From: Trueperaceae bacterium
GTDB taxonomy: Bacteria > Deinococcota > Deinococci > Deinococcales > Trueperaceae
Direction of reading: 5' to 3'
DNA: 64,000 nucleotides
NCBI GenBank assembly: GCA_965213705.1
Contig: OZ243913.1
Location: forward strand, 2,144,001-2,208,000
The notes under the pieces were generated by a model. The model had not been told where the DNA came from. It was given only the letters and a program-made list of their open reading frames with translations, and searched no databases. The position numbers and the translations under genes were made by a program. Shown here one piece after another: positions 18,965 through 28,890 of the stretch. Every line of letters starts with the position of its first letter. Positions within the stretch are counted from its first letter, which is position 1.

Positions 18965-19252
18965 GCATCTTTTATACCTACCAGCCCGGTGTAACGTTCA
19001 AACGTCACCAGCACGAAGCGGAGCAGACTACAGTTGTACTGAGCGGCGAACTCGTCTTCGCTTTCGACGCTGAGGAGGTGGGTTCGGCGGGGGCGCGGCG
19101 GTGCTGATTCCAAGGGGTAAGCCGCATCGGGCTTACGGGCCGGAGGGCGTGCCGGAGACGCGCACCTACAACGTGTTCAGCCCGGTGCGTAACGAGTTGC
19201 CTCGAGCGGCTACGCGGTAGAATTACCAGTCTCGCGACCCGCACGCCCTGTC

Positions 19253-19705
19253 ATGCCGAGGCCTTATCTTATGCTCACCCACCCCGACCTGCGCACCCTC
19301 ACCCTTCACGCCGACTGGGACGACAGCCTCGTCTCCGAACTGTGCCACGTCGCGCTGTTTTACTGCGAGAACGGCTTCTGGGACCGGCTCAAGGACGAGG
19401 CGCTAAACGTCCTCGAAACGCTGAACGGCGACACCTCCAGTTTGCACCGGCCCTTGCGGCAAGCCTTCAACGCTTGGCTGCTCGAGACGCAAAAGTACGA
19501 CTTCGACTTTGGAGCCGCCGAAGATTTGAGCGACCTTACCGCCGCCGAGCAGCGCCTCGCGGACGAGGTGCTCAACTACCACGCCGACCCCGCGATGTAC
19601 TCAATCGTCCACGCGGTCGACGAAGACCGGGGCGACGACGCTTGGTTTTTGTGCTACCTGTCGGACGTTGAGGACTTGGGGTTGGACAAGACGATTTCGG
19701 CTTGA
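19253..19705 (+). CDS. Hypothetical acidic protein
   Basis: 150-aa ORF with host-like codon usage; TAGAAT -10-like box upstream. Confidence 0.7.
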   Translation: MPRPYLMLTHPDLRTLTLHADWDDSLVSELCHVALFYCENGFWDRLKDEALNVLETLNGDTSSLHRPLRQAFNAWLLETQKYDFDFGAAEDLSDLTAAEQRLADEVLNYHADPAMYSIVHAVDEDRGDDAWFLCYLSDVEDLGLDKTISA

Positions 19706-19905
19706 GCGGCTCATCAAAACACAACCGCTTTTGAACCCTGCCCCCTCAACAAGGGGGGTGGCCCTTCGGGCCGGGGGGATTTGCAACGAGGCCGCGAACT
19801 CGCCCAAACGTGAATTAGTTCGAGCCACAGAGGAGCGGGGTTCCGCTACGATTCAGGCATGACGTTTTTGAGTGATTGCCGACAGCTGAAAAAGCTCGAG
19901 CCCTC

Positions 19906-20106
19906 ATGCTGAGCCAAATACTTGTCGGACTTCTCACGGGCAGCGTCGGGGTGGGCTACTTCATGTACGGGAAAAAGCGCTCGAGATTCGTCCCCATGCT
20001 GGCGGGCGCGGCGCTCTGTCTTTACCCCTACGCGGTCAGCAACCTGTTCTGGTTGCTCGCTGTCGGCGCGGCGCTCCTCGCACTGCCTTTTGTGCTGAAG
20101 GTTTGA
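19906..20106 (+). CDS. Small membrane protein
   Basis: GSVGVGYFMYGKK...AGAALCLYPY; hydrophobic, 66 aa. Confidence 0.75.
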   Translation: MLSQILVGLLTGSVGVGYFMYGKKRSRFVPMLAGAALCLYPYAVSNLFWLLAVGAALLALPFVLKV

Positions 20107-20153
20107 GTCACCCCGACCTCTTTTTGCCGTGGTAAACCGTTACACTGGTCGCC

Positions 20154-20783
20154 ATGACAGCCCCGACCCTACCCGCCGAGCTAACTTTCGACGAGCGCGG
20201 CCTCGTCCCCGTCATCACCCAAGACGCTTCCAGCGGCGAGGTGCTGATGTTCGCCTGGGCGACCCGCGAAGCCGTAGAGAAAACGCTGCAAACCCGCCAA
20301 GCCCACTACTTCAGCCGTTCGCGCGGCGAACTGTGGCGCAAGGGCGCGACGAGCGGGCACGTTCAGGAGGTCGTCGAGGTCCGCTACGACTGCGACGGTG
20401 ACGCGGTGCTCTACCGCGTGCTGCAAACCGGCGCGGCCTGCCACACGGGTGCTCGGAGTTGCTTTTACCGCGCTTTGACCGAGGAGGCAAGTCCCTCACT
20501 GGGCGACGTGATGGGGCTGCTCGAGCGCGTCGTCGGCGACCGCCTGGCAACCCTGCCCGAAGGTTCTTACGTCACAAAACTGCACGAACGCGGTTTGGGT
20601 TATATCGCGCAAAAGGTCGTCGAGGAGGCGGGCGAGAGCATCGTCGCGGCCTTGGAGCACAAGGACGACGAACTGCTGGGCGAGGCCGCCGACCTCGTGT
20701 TTCACCTCACGGTGCTCTTGAAAGAAAGAGGTTTGAGTTTGAAGGAAGTGACGGACGTTTTAGCTGCGCGGCACCGAGACTAG
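20154..20783 (+). CDS. hisIE: Bifunctional phosphoribosyl-AMP cyclohydrolase / phosphoribosyl-ATP diphosphatase
   Basis: [37 protein letters not shown] and EAADLVFH motifs. Confidence 0.96.
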   Translation: MTAPTLPAELTFDERGLVPVITQDASSGEVLMFAWATREAVEKTLQTRQAHYFSRSRGELWRKGATSGHVQEVVEVRYDCDGDAVLYRVLQTGAACHTGARSCFYRALTEEASPSLGDVMGLLERVVGDRLATLPEGSYVTKLHERGLGYIAQKVVEEAGESIVAALEHKDDELLGEAADLVFHLTVLLKERGLSLKEVTDVLAARHRD

Positions 20784-21063
20784 AAGGGAGCGGAGGAGGT
20801 ACAAGGTTCTCTCCCCCGCTCCTCCCAGTCCTCTCTCGCACGTCGGCGCCGAGTGCCAGGGCGAACAGGTAGCGACCTGTGGGTTCTTTGACGTGTGGGA
20901 CTCGACCGCGGGAGTGTTCAAGACCGCCCCCAACCCTCGGAACTGCTTACGGAAGTAAAAAATTTTGGATAGGGTGTCCCGACGCGCCTCTTTGAACTTG
21001 TCTACTCACGTCTCTAAGCAAAAGGGTGGGCGGGTTTCATGAGGCGCGGCGACACTGGTAGAC

Positions 21064-21291
21064 GTGGACGGGTTCAGCGCAGCAACGGTTTGGCTTCAAG
21101 AGGCGGCGCTCTCGCCCGCCGTCTGGCAAGGCGAGGTGGACTGCGTCGTCGGGCCGTTCTCGAGCCGCAAATTGGCCCAAAATTTTGTCACGTTCCAAGT
21201 CGACTTCGACCCCGAAGCTGCCGTCGTCAACGACCTTTTCGCGCGCGGCGACGCCTGGTACGTCGAGTTGCGCACCCTGCATTGGGGCTGA
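21064..21291 (+). CDS. Hypothetical small protein
   Basis: 75-aa ORF with GAGG upstream; convergent with the GT2 gene. Confidence 0.5.
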   Translation: MDGFSAATVWLQEAALSPAVWQGEVDCVVGPFSSRKLAQNFVTFQVDFDPEAAVVNDLFARGDAWYVELRTLHWG

Positions 21292-21303
21292 GAAAGCTCG
21301 CGG

Positions 21304-22194
21304 TCAGCGTTTGCGCTCGAGCCCGCGCAACGGCAACCGGTACAACTCGCGCCACAAGCCCGCTTTGGGGTAGTAGTCGGCACTTTTTAAGAACAGCCGG
21401 TACCCTTCGGCCTGGTGGCCGGTTTCGAAACAGCGCCGCACTCCGTAGCGAAACATGCGCGCCAGTACCAGGTTGCGGTCCCGGCGCCGAGCCGGGCCGC
21501 CTGCATATTCGTTGCGCCGGTCTCGTTCCAGAACGAAGTCGACCCCGAGGAGCAGCGAGGCGACCTCGTTCGTTTTGGTCGCCTCGTGTTGCCGGTAGCC
21601 GTAGATGACGGGTGAGGTCACGAACGCAAAACCCGGCGCGGTGCCGAGTCGCAAAAACAGGTCGTGGTCTTCCGACGAGATGTTTTTTTCCAGAAAGCCG
21701 CCGCTCGCTTTCAACAGGTCCGTCCGAACGGCCGCCGCTACCGTGATGGGGTAGCGGGCCCTGGCCGCCGCCAGGTAGTCCGGCCAATATTCGGCAGCCA
21801 GGGGTTCGCGCCGTGACGCCAAAAATGTGGCTTCGTCGCTGAACCTGTCGGGTTTGGACATAATGATGGTGGCCTGGTGCGCCCGCGCCACTTCGTCGTA
21901 AACGGCCAAGCTCCAGGGCAGCAGCAGGTCGTCGCTGTCCAAAAAGACGACGTACTCGCCGCGGGCATGTTTCAGGCCCAAGTTGCGAGCGCTGCCCGGT
22001 CCCCGGTTGGTCTGCCTGAGCGCGGTCACCCGGTCGCCGCACCTCTCCAGCAGGGCGTGCGTCTCGTCGGCGGAACCGTCGTCGACGACGATGGTTTCAA
22101 AATCTTCAAACGTCTGAGCGAAAACCGACTGCAGCGTGCGCTCGAGCAGCGCCGCGCGGTTGTAGGTCGGAATGATAAGGGAGAATCGGGGCAT
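21304..22194 (-). CDS. Glycosyltransferase family 2
   Basis: SLIIPTYNR, IVVDDGS, NRGPGSARNLG, FLDSDD and SEDHDL motifs; ATG at 22194. Confidence 0.92.
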   Translation of the reverse strand: MPRFSLIIPTYNRAALLERTLQSVFAQTFEDFETIVVDDGSADETHALLERCGDRVTALRQTNRGPGSARNLGLKHARGEYVVFLDSDDLLLPWSLAVYDEVARAHQATIIMSKPDRFSDEATFLASRREPLAAEYWPDYLAAARARYPITVAAAVRTDLLKASGGFLEKNISSEDHDLFLRLGTAPGFAFVTSPVIYGYRQHEATKTNEVASLLLGVDFVLERDRRNEYAGGPARRRDRNLVLARMFRYGVRRCFETGHQAEGYRLFLKSADYYPKAGLWRELYRLPLRGLERKR

Positions 22195-22441
22195 ACCACC
22201 CTGTATCCTAGCTGAAGCCGCCGTTTTGGGGTAGGAAAAAGAGCACGTCGCGGCCGTGCGTTTTTGCAGAAACGGCAGACCTGCTTGGGTAAAAAGTCGC
22301 GGGTGAAAAGTCTTGGGTGACCAGGGGTGTGAAGAAACCGGGTTGGCTGTGACGGGAAAGTCAGCTTGCGCGAGGCTGCGAGAGTCGCAAACTCGAGTAC
22401 ACCACGCCGTTGCCGAGGGCGCGTGTGCCACAATGACTTTC

Positions 22442-23497
22442 ATGACCAAAAAAAGGAACAGCTCAAGCGACGTAGCTCCCGGCGGTGCGGCACTGGCAAC
22501 GGACAGGCGCAGCGGCGGGATGGACATGGAGCGCGCCCTCGTCCTCGACACGGTGCGGGTGACCGAGCAAGCGGCTATCGCCGCGAGTCGGGTGGCGGGT
22601 AAGGGCGACGCGGACTTGGTCGACCAAGCGGGCACCGACGCCATGCGCACCGTCCTGAACGAACTCGACATCGACGGCGAAATCGTCATCGGCGAGGGCG
22701 AGCGTGACGAAGCGCCGATGCTCTACATCGGTGAACGGGTCGGCCGGGCCGGGCCGGACGCCTGGGCCGTCGACATCGCCGTCGACCCGGTCGAGGGCAC
22801 GAACATCACCGCGCGACTTATCAGCAACTCGGTCGCGGTCATCGCGATTGCTGAGAAGGGCGGACTGTTCCAGGCGCCCGACACCTACATGGAAAAGCTC
22901 ATCGTCGGGCCGCCCGCCGCGGGCAAAGTGGACCTGAGTTGGCCGGTCGCGGCGAACCTGCGCAGCGTCGCGATGAGCTTGGACCGCGCCGTAAGCGACC
23001 TGACCGTGGTGATTTTGGACCGCCCCCGGCACGAACAGCTCATCAAAGAGGTGCGCGAGACCGGCGTGCGCGTGAAACTCATCGGCGACGGCGACGTGAT
23101 TGCGGCCTTGTCGGCGGCGGTGCGCGGCACCAACGTCCACGCGGTCATGGGCACGGGCGGCGCGCCCGAAGGCGTCCTCGCGGCGGCGGCCATGAAGTGT
23201 TTGGGCGGCGAGATTCAGGGCCGTTTCAAACCGCGCAACGACGCCGAAAAAGCGCGTCTGGAGGCGATGGGCGCGTCTACCGAGAAAGTCTACACGACCG
23301 ACGACTTAGCGCCCGGCAAAAACATCGTCTTCAGCGCGACCGGCATTACCGACGGCGACCTGCTGCGCGGCGTCAAGTTTTTCAAAAACGGCGCACGCAC
23401 GCACACCGTGGCGATGGGGTACCACTCGAGAGTGGTGCGCTTCTCAGACGCGGTCCACCTGCTCGAGGCGGGCGCGCGGGTCAACATCCAGATGTAG
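22442..23497 (+). CDS. glpX: Class II fructose-1,6-bisphosphatase (start may be 22520 or 22526)
   Basis: [44 protein letters not shown] and ATGITDG motifs. Confidence 0.95.
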   Translation: MTKKRNSSSDVAPGGAALATDRRSGGMDMERALVLDTVRVTEQAAIAASRVAGKGDADLVDQAGTDAMRTVLNELDIDGEIVIGEGERDEAPMLYIGERVGRAGPDAWAVDIAVDPVEGTNITARLISNSVAVIAIAEKGGLFQAPDTYMEKLIVGPPAAGKVDLSWPVAANLRSVAMSLDRAVSDLTVVILDRPRHEQLIKEVRETGVRVKLIGDGDVIAALSAAVRGTNVHAVMGTGGAPEGVLAAAAMKCLGGEIQGRFKPRNDAEKARLEAMGASTEKVYTTDDLAPGKNIVFSATGITDGDLLRGVKFFKNGARTHTVAMGYHSRVVRFSDAVHLLEAGARVNIQM

Positions 23498-23682
23498 GTT
23501 CAAGTGTGGTTTTCCTGCAGGCCGGTAGCTACGGCTTTTACCTCTTTTACCTCCCGTCCCGCGTGCCGGCGGTCTGATGCCCGAGAACGAAGGTCGAGGC
23601 GGACAAGCCGGGGTGGTCCTGGGCGTCACGGTGAAACTAGGCGCCTCATGCAAACCGGACGGTTTTACCCTACACTGTCCGC

Positions 23683-24216
23683 ATGTTCGCCACCGACTTT
23701 TTCTTCGAAAAACTGTCCACCGGAGAAACGGCCTTTTACCCTTACGGCGCGATGAGTCGCGGTTACGTCTTGACACCCGAACAAGAAGTCGAAGCCCGGC
23801 GGCGCATGAAGCGCCTAGTGGGATTTTGGGTGGCGGAATTCGTTTCCATGATGTTGCTCATTTGGTTTGTGAGCTTCTCACCCGTAACCCTGGTGTTGCT
23901 CTTGGGCACGTTGGCCCTTTTGTCGGAAAGTGTCTCCCACTTTTACCTGAGTCCCGTTCTCAATCCGGCGCGCCGGGCACCCAAACTGGGTTTCAAAGGG
24001 TGGTTGCGTGGTTTGGGCAGGGTGCGGGGCCAAAGCCGAGCGGCAGGTATTTTCCTCTTCTTGACGGCTTTGCTGTGGATTTTTATTGGAATGTTGCCAC
24101 AGGGTCCAAACACGGGTCCAGACATAGCCGCCTTTCTTATGGCCGCTGTTTTTGTGGTTTTTGGCGCAGTCCATTTTTACGCTGCCGACGAACACGGTGT
24201 AAAAACGAGGCGCTGA
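23683..24216 (+). CDS. Hypothetical membrane protein
   Basis: 177 aa with about 4 hydrophobic segments and FYPYG..SRGYVL; lower GC than neighbours. Confidence 0.65.
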   Translation: MFATDFFFEKLSTGETAFYPYGAMSRGYVLTPEQEVEARRRMKRLVGFWVAEFVSMMLLIWFVSFSPVTLVLLLGTLALLSESVSHFYLSPVLNPARRAPKLGFKGWLRGLGRVRGQSRAAGIFLFLTALLWIFIGMLPQGPNTGPDIAAFLMAAVFVVFGAVHFYAADEHGVKTRR

Positions 24217-24301
24217 GAACCCGGCCCAGCCGGGTCGAACTGTAAGGTCTGCGCCTCGCGATGAGCCAGATGTTTGTGCCAAGTTCCGCTGGAGGCGTGA
24301 C

Positions 24302-25081
24302 GTGAAGCTCGAGCTGCTGCCCCTTTTGCAAACCCAACGAGACCTCTACGAGGTTCCGCGCGGCCCGGCGCGTTTTGGGGCTTATCTCGAGGCGATGACC
24401 GGGGGTGGGGAAGACCTCGTTTTGCCCTTGGCGGGCATGAACCCGCTGGGCAAGGAACACGTGGCCGCGCTCGTCGACAGCCTCCTCGCTTGGGACGCCG
24501 AAGCGCGAGTCGCCGAGGTGTTGGCGGTAGCTTCGGACCAGCTCGGTGGGTTTGACGGCGTTTTGAAAGTCGGCCTCGTGCTGACCGACGACCTTGGGGG
24601 CGGCTGGACGAACCGTTACCTGAGCGACATGACGCAGCGCTTCAAAAATGCTTATGACTTGGAGAACCGCTGGGCGCTCGTGCCGGTATGGACGAGCCAA
24701 GTTTGGACGCCGGCCGCCCTCGAGCAAGCCGTCCTGAGCACGGTCTACCGCACGGTTTACAAACAGGTTCACGGTTTGCCGGTCACGCTCGCGGAAATGT
24801 TGGAGCAAGAGGGGCGAGCTTTGGACTTTGCCGGGGTAACGTTCGCGCTCGAGCCGGATGACCTAGAGTACAGCCGTGCGGTGTTGGGGCCGTACACGTC
24901 CGCGACCGAGTGGGCGGTAATTTTACCTTGCCTTTACGGCGACGCGGCGGCGCGCTCGGTCGGACATCCGCCTTTGGGCTTGTCACCAAACGCGGGTTAC
25001 GCGGTGGCGCTCTCGGGCGCGCGGCGCGAAGCCGGTAGCGGCCTTACCCGTCGGCCTGACGTTCTCTTGACAGCCCCCTGA
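24302..25081 (+). CDS. Conserved hypothetical protein
   Basis: GGAGG RBS; MNPLGKEH, DDLGGGWTNR and CLYGD..A..VGH.PLG motifs. Confidence 0.75.
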   Translation: MKLELLPLLQTQRDLYEVPRGPARFGAYLEAMTGGGEDLVLPLAGMNPLGKEHVAALVDSLLAWDAEARVAEVLAVASDQLGGFDGVLKVGLVLTDDLGGGWTNRYLSDMTQRFKNAYDLENRWALVPVWTSQVWTPAALEQAVLSTVYRTVYKQVHGLPVTLAEMLEQEGRALDFAGVTFALEPDDLEYSRAVLGPYTSATEWAVILPCLYGDAAARSVGHPPLGLSPNAGYAVALSGARREAGSGLTRRPDVLLTAP

Positions 25082-25093
25082 CCTTGCGCTGAA
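25055..25093 (+). promoter_or_regulatory. PHO-box-like array upstream of phoX
   Basis: CCTGAC, CTTGAC, CCTGAC and GCTGAA at 25055, 25066, 25077 and 25088 (exact 11-bp period). Confidence 0.7.
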
Positions 25094-25146
25094 CTGCTTT
25101 CGTTACGCTGCGAGAGCTGCGAAAACAGCGAAAGGGAGGTAAGGGA

Positions 25147-26694
25147 ATGACGACCAGAACAGGACGCGTGTGGCTCGGTGTGGTGGTGGCAATGTTTTTT
25201 GCCGGGGCACAAGCTCAGGACCCGGCGCAAGCCCCGGACTCGCAACCGGCGGACGTGTATCCGACCGTGGCGATAGACAGCCCGGCTGCACCGTTTATCC
25301 TGACGAACCAGTACGCCCAAGCGCAGGGCGCGACCGCCGAGTGGCGCAAGATGGAAGGCGTCGCGCTCGACGCCGCCAACGGCCGCCTCTACATCGCCAT
25401 GAGCGAAATCGGCAAGGGCATGAGCGACGGCGAGGGTGACATTCAACTCGAGGAAAACCCCTGCGGCATCGTCTATACGGCCGAGCTGAGCGACACCTTC
25501 GAAATGGGCGCGCTGCAACCCCTCGTGGTGGGCGGCCCCTTCGACGAGACCGCCGCGGAAAACGAATGCAGTTTGGAGGGCATTTCCAACCCCGACAACG
25601 TGGCTGTCGACGCGCGCGGACGCGTCTGGATAGGCGAGGATTCGGGCTACCACCTCAACAACGCGCTGTGGGTTTACGACCCGGCGACGCAGGAGCTGAC
25701 CCGTTTCGCCACCGTCCCGCTCGGGGCCGAGGTGACGGGTTTACACGTCAGCGCCGCGGGTACGCTGTTCATGAACATCCAGCACCCCGACGCGACGAAC
25801 CTCTACCCCTTCAACCGCGGTACGGTCGGCGTGGTGACGGGTTTCAACGCCAACACCGACGACTTTACCGAGTTGGCCGTCCCGCAAGGCGACGCCCAAA
25901 AACAGGCGCAGGTCGCCGCGGGCGAGTACAGCGTCATCGGCCGCGTCGGCGACGCGATTCCAAGTGCACCGGGCGGCTCGAGCTTCGGCGAAATCAACGC
26001 CTTACAAACCGGTGAGCACCTGTTTTTCTGCAACGACCCCGACGGCAACATGTTTTTGCCGACGAGCGAGTCCGGCAATGAAGGGTACTTGTACACCAAC
26101 TTCGAATGCCGCCCCGGCGGCGTGAGCAAGCTCTACATCCGTCAGGCCGACGACGGCACCTGGAACGTGATTGAGGGCGAGCAGGTGGACTTTGCAGGTG
26201 TCAACGGCACCATGACGAACTGCTTTGCCAGCGTGACCCCGTGGAATACCGGCTTAAGCGGCGAAGAGTACCCGGCCGAACGCAGCGAGGACTGGACCGA
26301 CAACGCCGTCACCATGCGTGAGTACTTAGGAAAAGCGGCCAACCCCTTCGACTACGGTTACGTTATCGAACTCATCCCCGGCGAAGGCGTCGGCAGCGAG
26401 GTTGTCAAGCACTACGCGATGGGTCGCATCAGCGTCGAGAACGCGCTCGTCATGCCGGACGGCAAAACGGTCTACTACGGCAACGACGGCACCGACCGCG
26501 TTTTGCACAAGTTCATCGCCGACGAGCCCGGCAACTTAGACGCAGGCACCCTCTACGCCGCCAAGGCGGCGCAACAGGGCGACGGCAGCTTCGCGCTGAC
26601 CTGGTTGGAGCTGGGCCACAGCACCAGTGAAGAGGTTTACGCGGCTATCCGCGAGCTGGACGGCCAAATTACCCTGGCGGGGCAGGACCGGTAA
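25147..26694 (+). CDS. phoX: PhoX-family alkaline phosphatase (DUF839), circularly permuted
   Basis: All PhoX motifs are present (NC...TPWNT.LSGEE, AMGR..EN, GTLYAA, KMEG, NPDN, IGED, GAEVTG, NIQHP) with the two halves in swapped order; signal peptide; directly upstream of pstS. Confidence 0.88.
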   Translation: MTTRTGRVWLGVVVAMFFAGAQAQDPAQAPDSQPADVYPTVAIDSPAAPFILTNQYAQAQGATAEWRKMEGVALDAANGRLYIAMSEIGKGMSDGEGDIQLEENPCGIVYTAELSDTFEMGALQPLVVGGPFDETAAENECSLEGISNPDNVAVDARGRVWIGEDSGYHLNNALWVYDPATQELTRFATVPLGAEVTGLHVSAAGTLFMNIQHPDATNLYPFNRGTVGVVTGFNANTDDFTELAVPQGDAQKQAQVAAGEYSVIGRVGDAIPSAPGGSSFGEINALQTGEHLFFCNDPDGNMFLPTSESGNEGYLYTNFECRPGGVSKLYIRQADDGTWNVIEGEQVDFAGVNGTMTNCFASVTPWNTGLSGEEYPAERSEDWTDNAVTMREYLGKAANPFDYGYVIELIPGEGVGSEVVKHYAMGRISVENALVMPDGKTVYYGNDGTDRVLHKFIADEPGNLDAGTLYAAKAAQQGDGSFALTWLELGHSTSEEVYAAIRELDGQITLAGQDR

Positions 26695-26703
26695 GATTCT
26701 GAC

Positions 26704-26728
26704 GGGCCGGGGTACTGTACCCCGGCCC
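26704..26728. terminator. GC-rich hairpin after phoX
   Basis: GGGCCGGGGTAC-T-GTACCCCGGCCC. Confidence 0.6.
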
Positions 26729-26732
26729 GCCT

Positions 26733-26781
26733 CTTCACAAACGCTTCACCTTGTCCCGTCCTGACAAAGTCATGACACCTT
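26733..26781 (+). promoter_or_regulatory. PHO-box-like direct repeats upstream of pstS
   Basis: CTTCAC at 26733 and 26744; CCTGAC and CATGAC at 26760 and 26771 (two 11-bp pairs). Confidence 0.65.
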
Positions 26782-26808
26782 TTGAGTACATTTCTTTTCG
26801 GAGGCACC

Positions 26809-27702
26809 ATGAAAAAAATCACCTTGTTGCTAAGCACCCTCACCCTCTTGACGCTCGGTTCGGCCCTGGCCCAAGACATCAACGTCGCGGGCTCCTCGAC
26901 CGTTTACCCGATTACTTTGGGCATGGCCGAAGAGTACAACATCGAAACCGGCACCGACATCTCGGTACAGTCGACCGGCACCGGCGGCGGCTTCGAGCTG
27001 TTTTGCAACGGCGAAACCGACATCAATGACGCCAGCCGCCCCATCAAGCAAGAAGAAATCGACGCCTGCGCCGCCAACGGCATCACGCCTATCGAACTGT
27101 CGGTCGCCTACGACGCCCTGACCATCGCGGTGAACCCCGAAAACGACTGGGTCGACTGCATGACCACCGAAGAGCTGAACCTGCTCTGGCAACCCGACTC
27201 GGCCGTGCAGCAGTGGAGCGACGTCCGTAGCGACTGGCCCAGCGAACCCGTCAACCTGTTCGGTCCCGCCACCACGAGCGGAACGTTTGACTACTTTACC
27301 GAAACCATCATCGGCGAGTCGGGTGCCAGCCGCACTGATTACTTTCCGAGCGAAGAGGACGAGGTCCTGGCCGAGAACGTGACCAACGACCTTTACGCGC
27401 TTGTGTACCTGGGCTACGCCTACTACGCTGAAGACACCGAGCGCCTGAAAGCCGTCGCCATCGACAGCGGTGAAGGCTGCGTCGAGCCGTCGGTCGAAAA
27501 CATCGAGAACGGTACCTACACGCCGCTGTCGCGCCCGCTCTTTATCTACGTGTCGGACCAAGCGATGGCCGAAAACCAAAACGTCCGCGACTTCGTCGAG
27601 TTCTACCTGAACGCCGACAACCGCGAAATCATCGCCGATACCGGTTACGCCGTTTTAAACGACAGCGTTTACGAAGAAGGCATAAGCAAGCTTGGCGAGT
27701 AA
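26809..27702 (+). CDS. pstS: Phosphate ABC transporter substrate-binding protein
   Basis: GSSTVYP, GTGGGF..FC, DASRPIK, SGTFDYF and YTPLSRPLFIY motifs. Confidence 0.96.
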   Translation: MKKITLLLSTLTLLTLGSALAQDINVAGSSTVYPITLGMAEEYNIETGTDISVQSTGTGGGFELFCNGETDINDASRPIKQEEIDACAANGITPIELSVAYDALTIAVNPENDWVDCMTTEELNLLWQPDSAVQQWSDVRSDWPSEPVNLFGPATTSGTFDYFTETIIGESGASRTDYFPSEEDEVLAENVTNDLYALVYLGYAYYAEDTERLKAVAIDSGEGCVEPSVENIENGTYTPLSRPLFIYVSDQAMAENQNVRDFVEFYLNADNREIIADTGYAVLNDSVYEEGISKLGE

Positions 27703-27721
27703 AACCTCGCTGTAAGCTTTA

Positions 27722-27756
27722 GAGCGACCTCCGAGCTTGGAGCCCGGAGGTCGCTC
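27722..27756. other. Stem-loop between pstS and pstC (possible mRNA stabiliser)
   Basis: GAGCGACCTCCG-N11-CGGAGGTCGCTC with no U-tract. Confidence 0.55.
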
Positions 27757-27957
27757 GGCTGAGCCGCAGGACCGGCAAACCCGAAGCGAGCGGCGTCATA
27801 CCGACGTGTACCTGTTACTATTTTGAGGATGCTCCTGGTCGCTTCTTCGCGGCCGCCGCAAGGAGAAGACAAAGCTGGCGCGGTTGCTGACTACCTCGAC
27901 CGAGTTTGTAGGGCTTGGGGTCTAAAACCTGCACCGAACTATCTTTCGAGGAGGATC

Positions 27958-28890
27958 ATGGCGAGCCGACTACAACGTGCCGACCTGAGCAAGCGCGCCA
28001 ACCGCAACTTAGGCGAAAACGCTATTCAACTGGCGCTCCTGGCCTGCGCAAGTATTTCTGTCCTGACAACGCTGGGCGTCGTCGTCGCGCTGTCGAGCGA
28101 AACGGTGAGTTTTTTTGCCGAGCCGTCGGTCACGTTCCGGGAGTTTTTCACCGGCACGCAGTGGACGCCGCTGTTCAACGAAGCGCAGCGGCACTTCGGT
28201 ATTTTGCCGCTGCTGCTCGGCACCCTGCTGGTCACCTCGATTGCGCTCGTGGTGGGGATGCCCTTGGGCCTCGGCGCGGCCGTCTTTTTGTCGGAGTTCG
28301 CCTCGCGGCGCCTTCGGCGCGGCGTCGTGCCGGTTCTGGAAGTCTTAGCGGGCATTCCGACGGTGGTCTTGGGGTACTTCGCGCTCCTTACCGTAACACC
28401 GTTTTTGAAAGGATTTATTCCCGGCCTGTCGACCTCGAACGCGCTCTCGGCGGGCGTCGTGGTGGGTTTTATGATTATGCCGACCATCAGCAGCATTTCC
28501 ATCGACGCGATGCAAGCCGTGCCGCGCGGCCTGCGCGAGGCCGCCTACGGGCTCGGCTCGACCAAAGCCGAAGTCATTTCCAAAGTCATCATCCCGGCGG
28601 CGCTCTCGGGCATCGTCGCTTCGTTTATTTTGGCGATGTCTCGAGCCATCGGCGAAACGATGATAGTGACGCTCGCCGCGGGCCAGCTTCCCAACGTGAC
28701 CTTCGACCCGCGCGACACCGTCGAGACGATGACGGCCTTTATCGCCAACACCGCCCAGGGCGACCAGGAAGCGGGCTCGATAGGCTCGAGGTCGCTCTAT
28801 GCGGTCGGCATGTCGCTGTTTTTGATAACCCTGCTCCTCAACATCGTGTCGCAACAGGTCGTGCGGCGTTTCAGCGAGAAGTACGAGTAA
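27958..28890 (+). CDS. pstC: Phosphate ABC transporter permease
   Basis: FGILPLL.GT, EVLAGIPTVV, EAAYGLG and SRAIGETMIV motifs. Confidence 0.96.
   Translation: MASRLQRADLSKRANRNLGENAIQLALLACASISVLTTLGVVVALSSETVSFFAEPSVTFREFFTGTQWTPLFNEAQRHFGILPLLLGTLLVTSIALVVGMPLGLGAAVFLSEFASRRLRRGVVPVLEVLAGIPTVVLGYFALLTVTPFLKGFIPGLSTSNALSAGVVVGFMIMPTISSISIDAMQAVPRGLREAAYGLGSTKAEVISKVIIPAALSGIVASFILAMSRAIGETMIVTLAAGQLPNVTFDPRDTVETMTAFIANTAQGDQEAGSIGSRSLYAVGMSLFLITLLLNIVSQQVVRRFSEKYE

Noticed and set aside
22466..22478. AGCGACGTAGCTC, which could look like the missing tRNA 5' end
   Set aside because: Wrong strand and side, lies in the glpX 5' region and has no D-arm; treated as chance.
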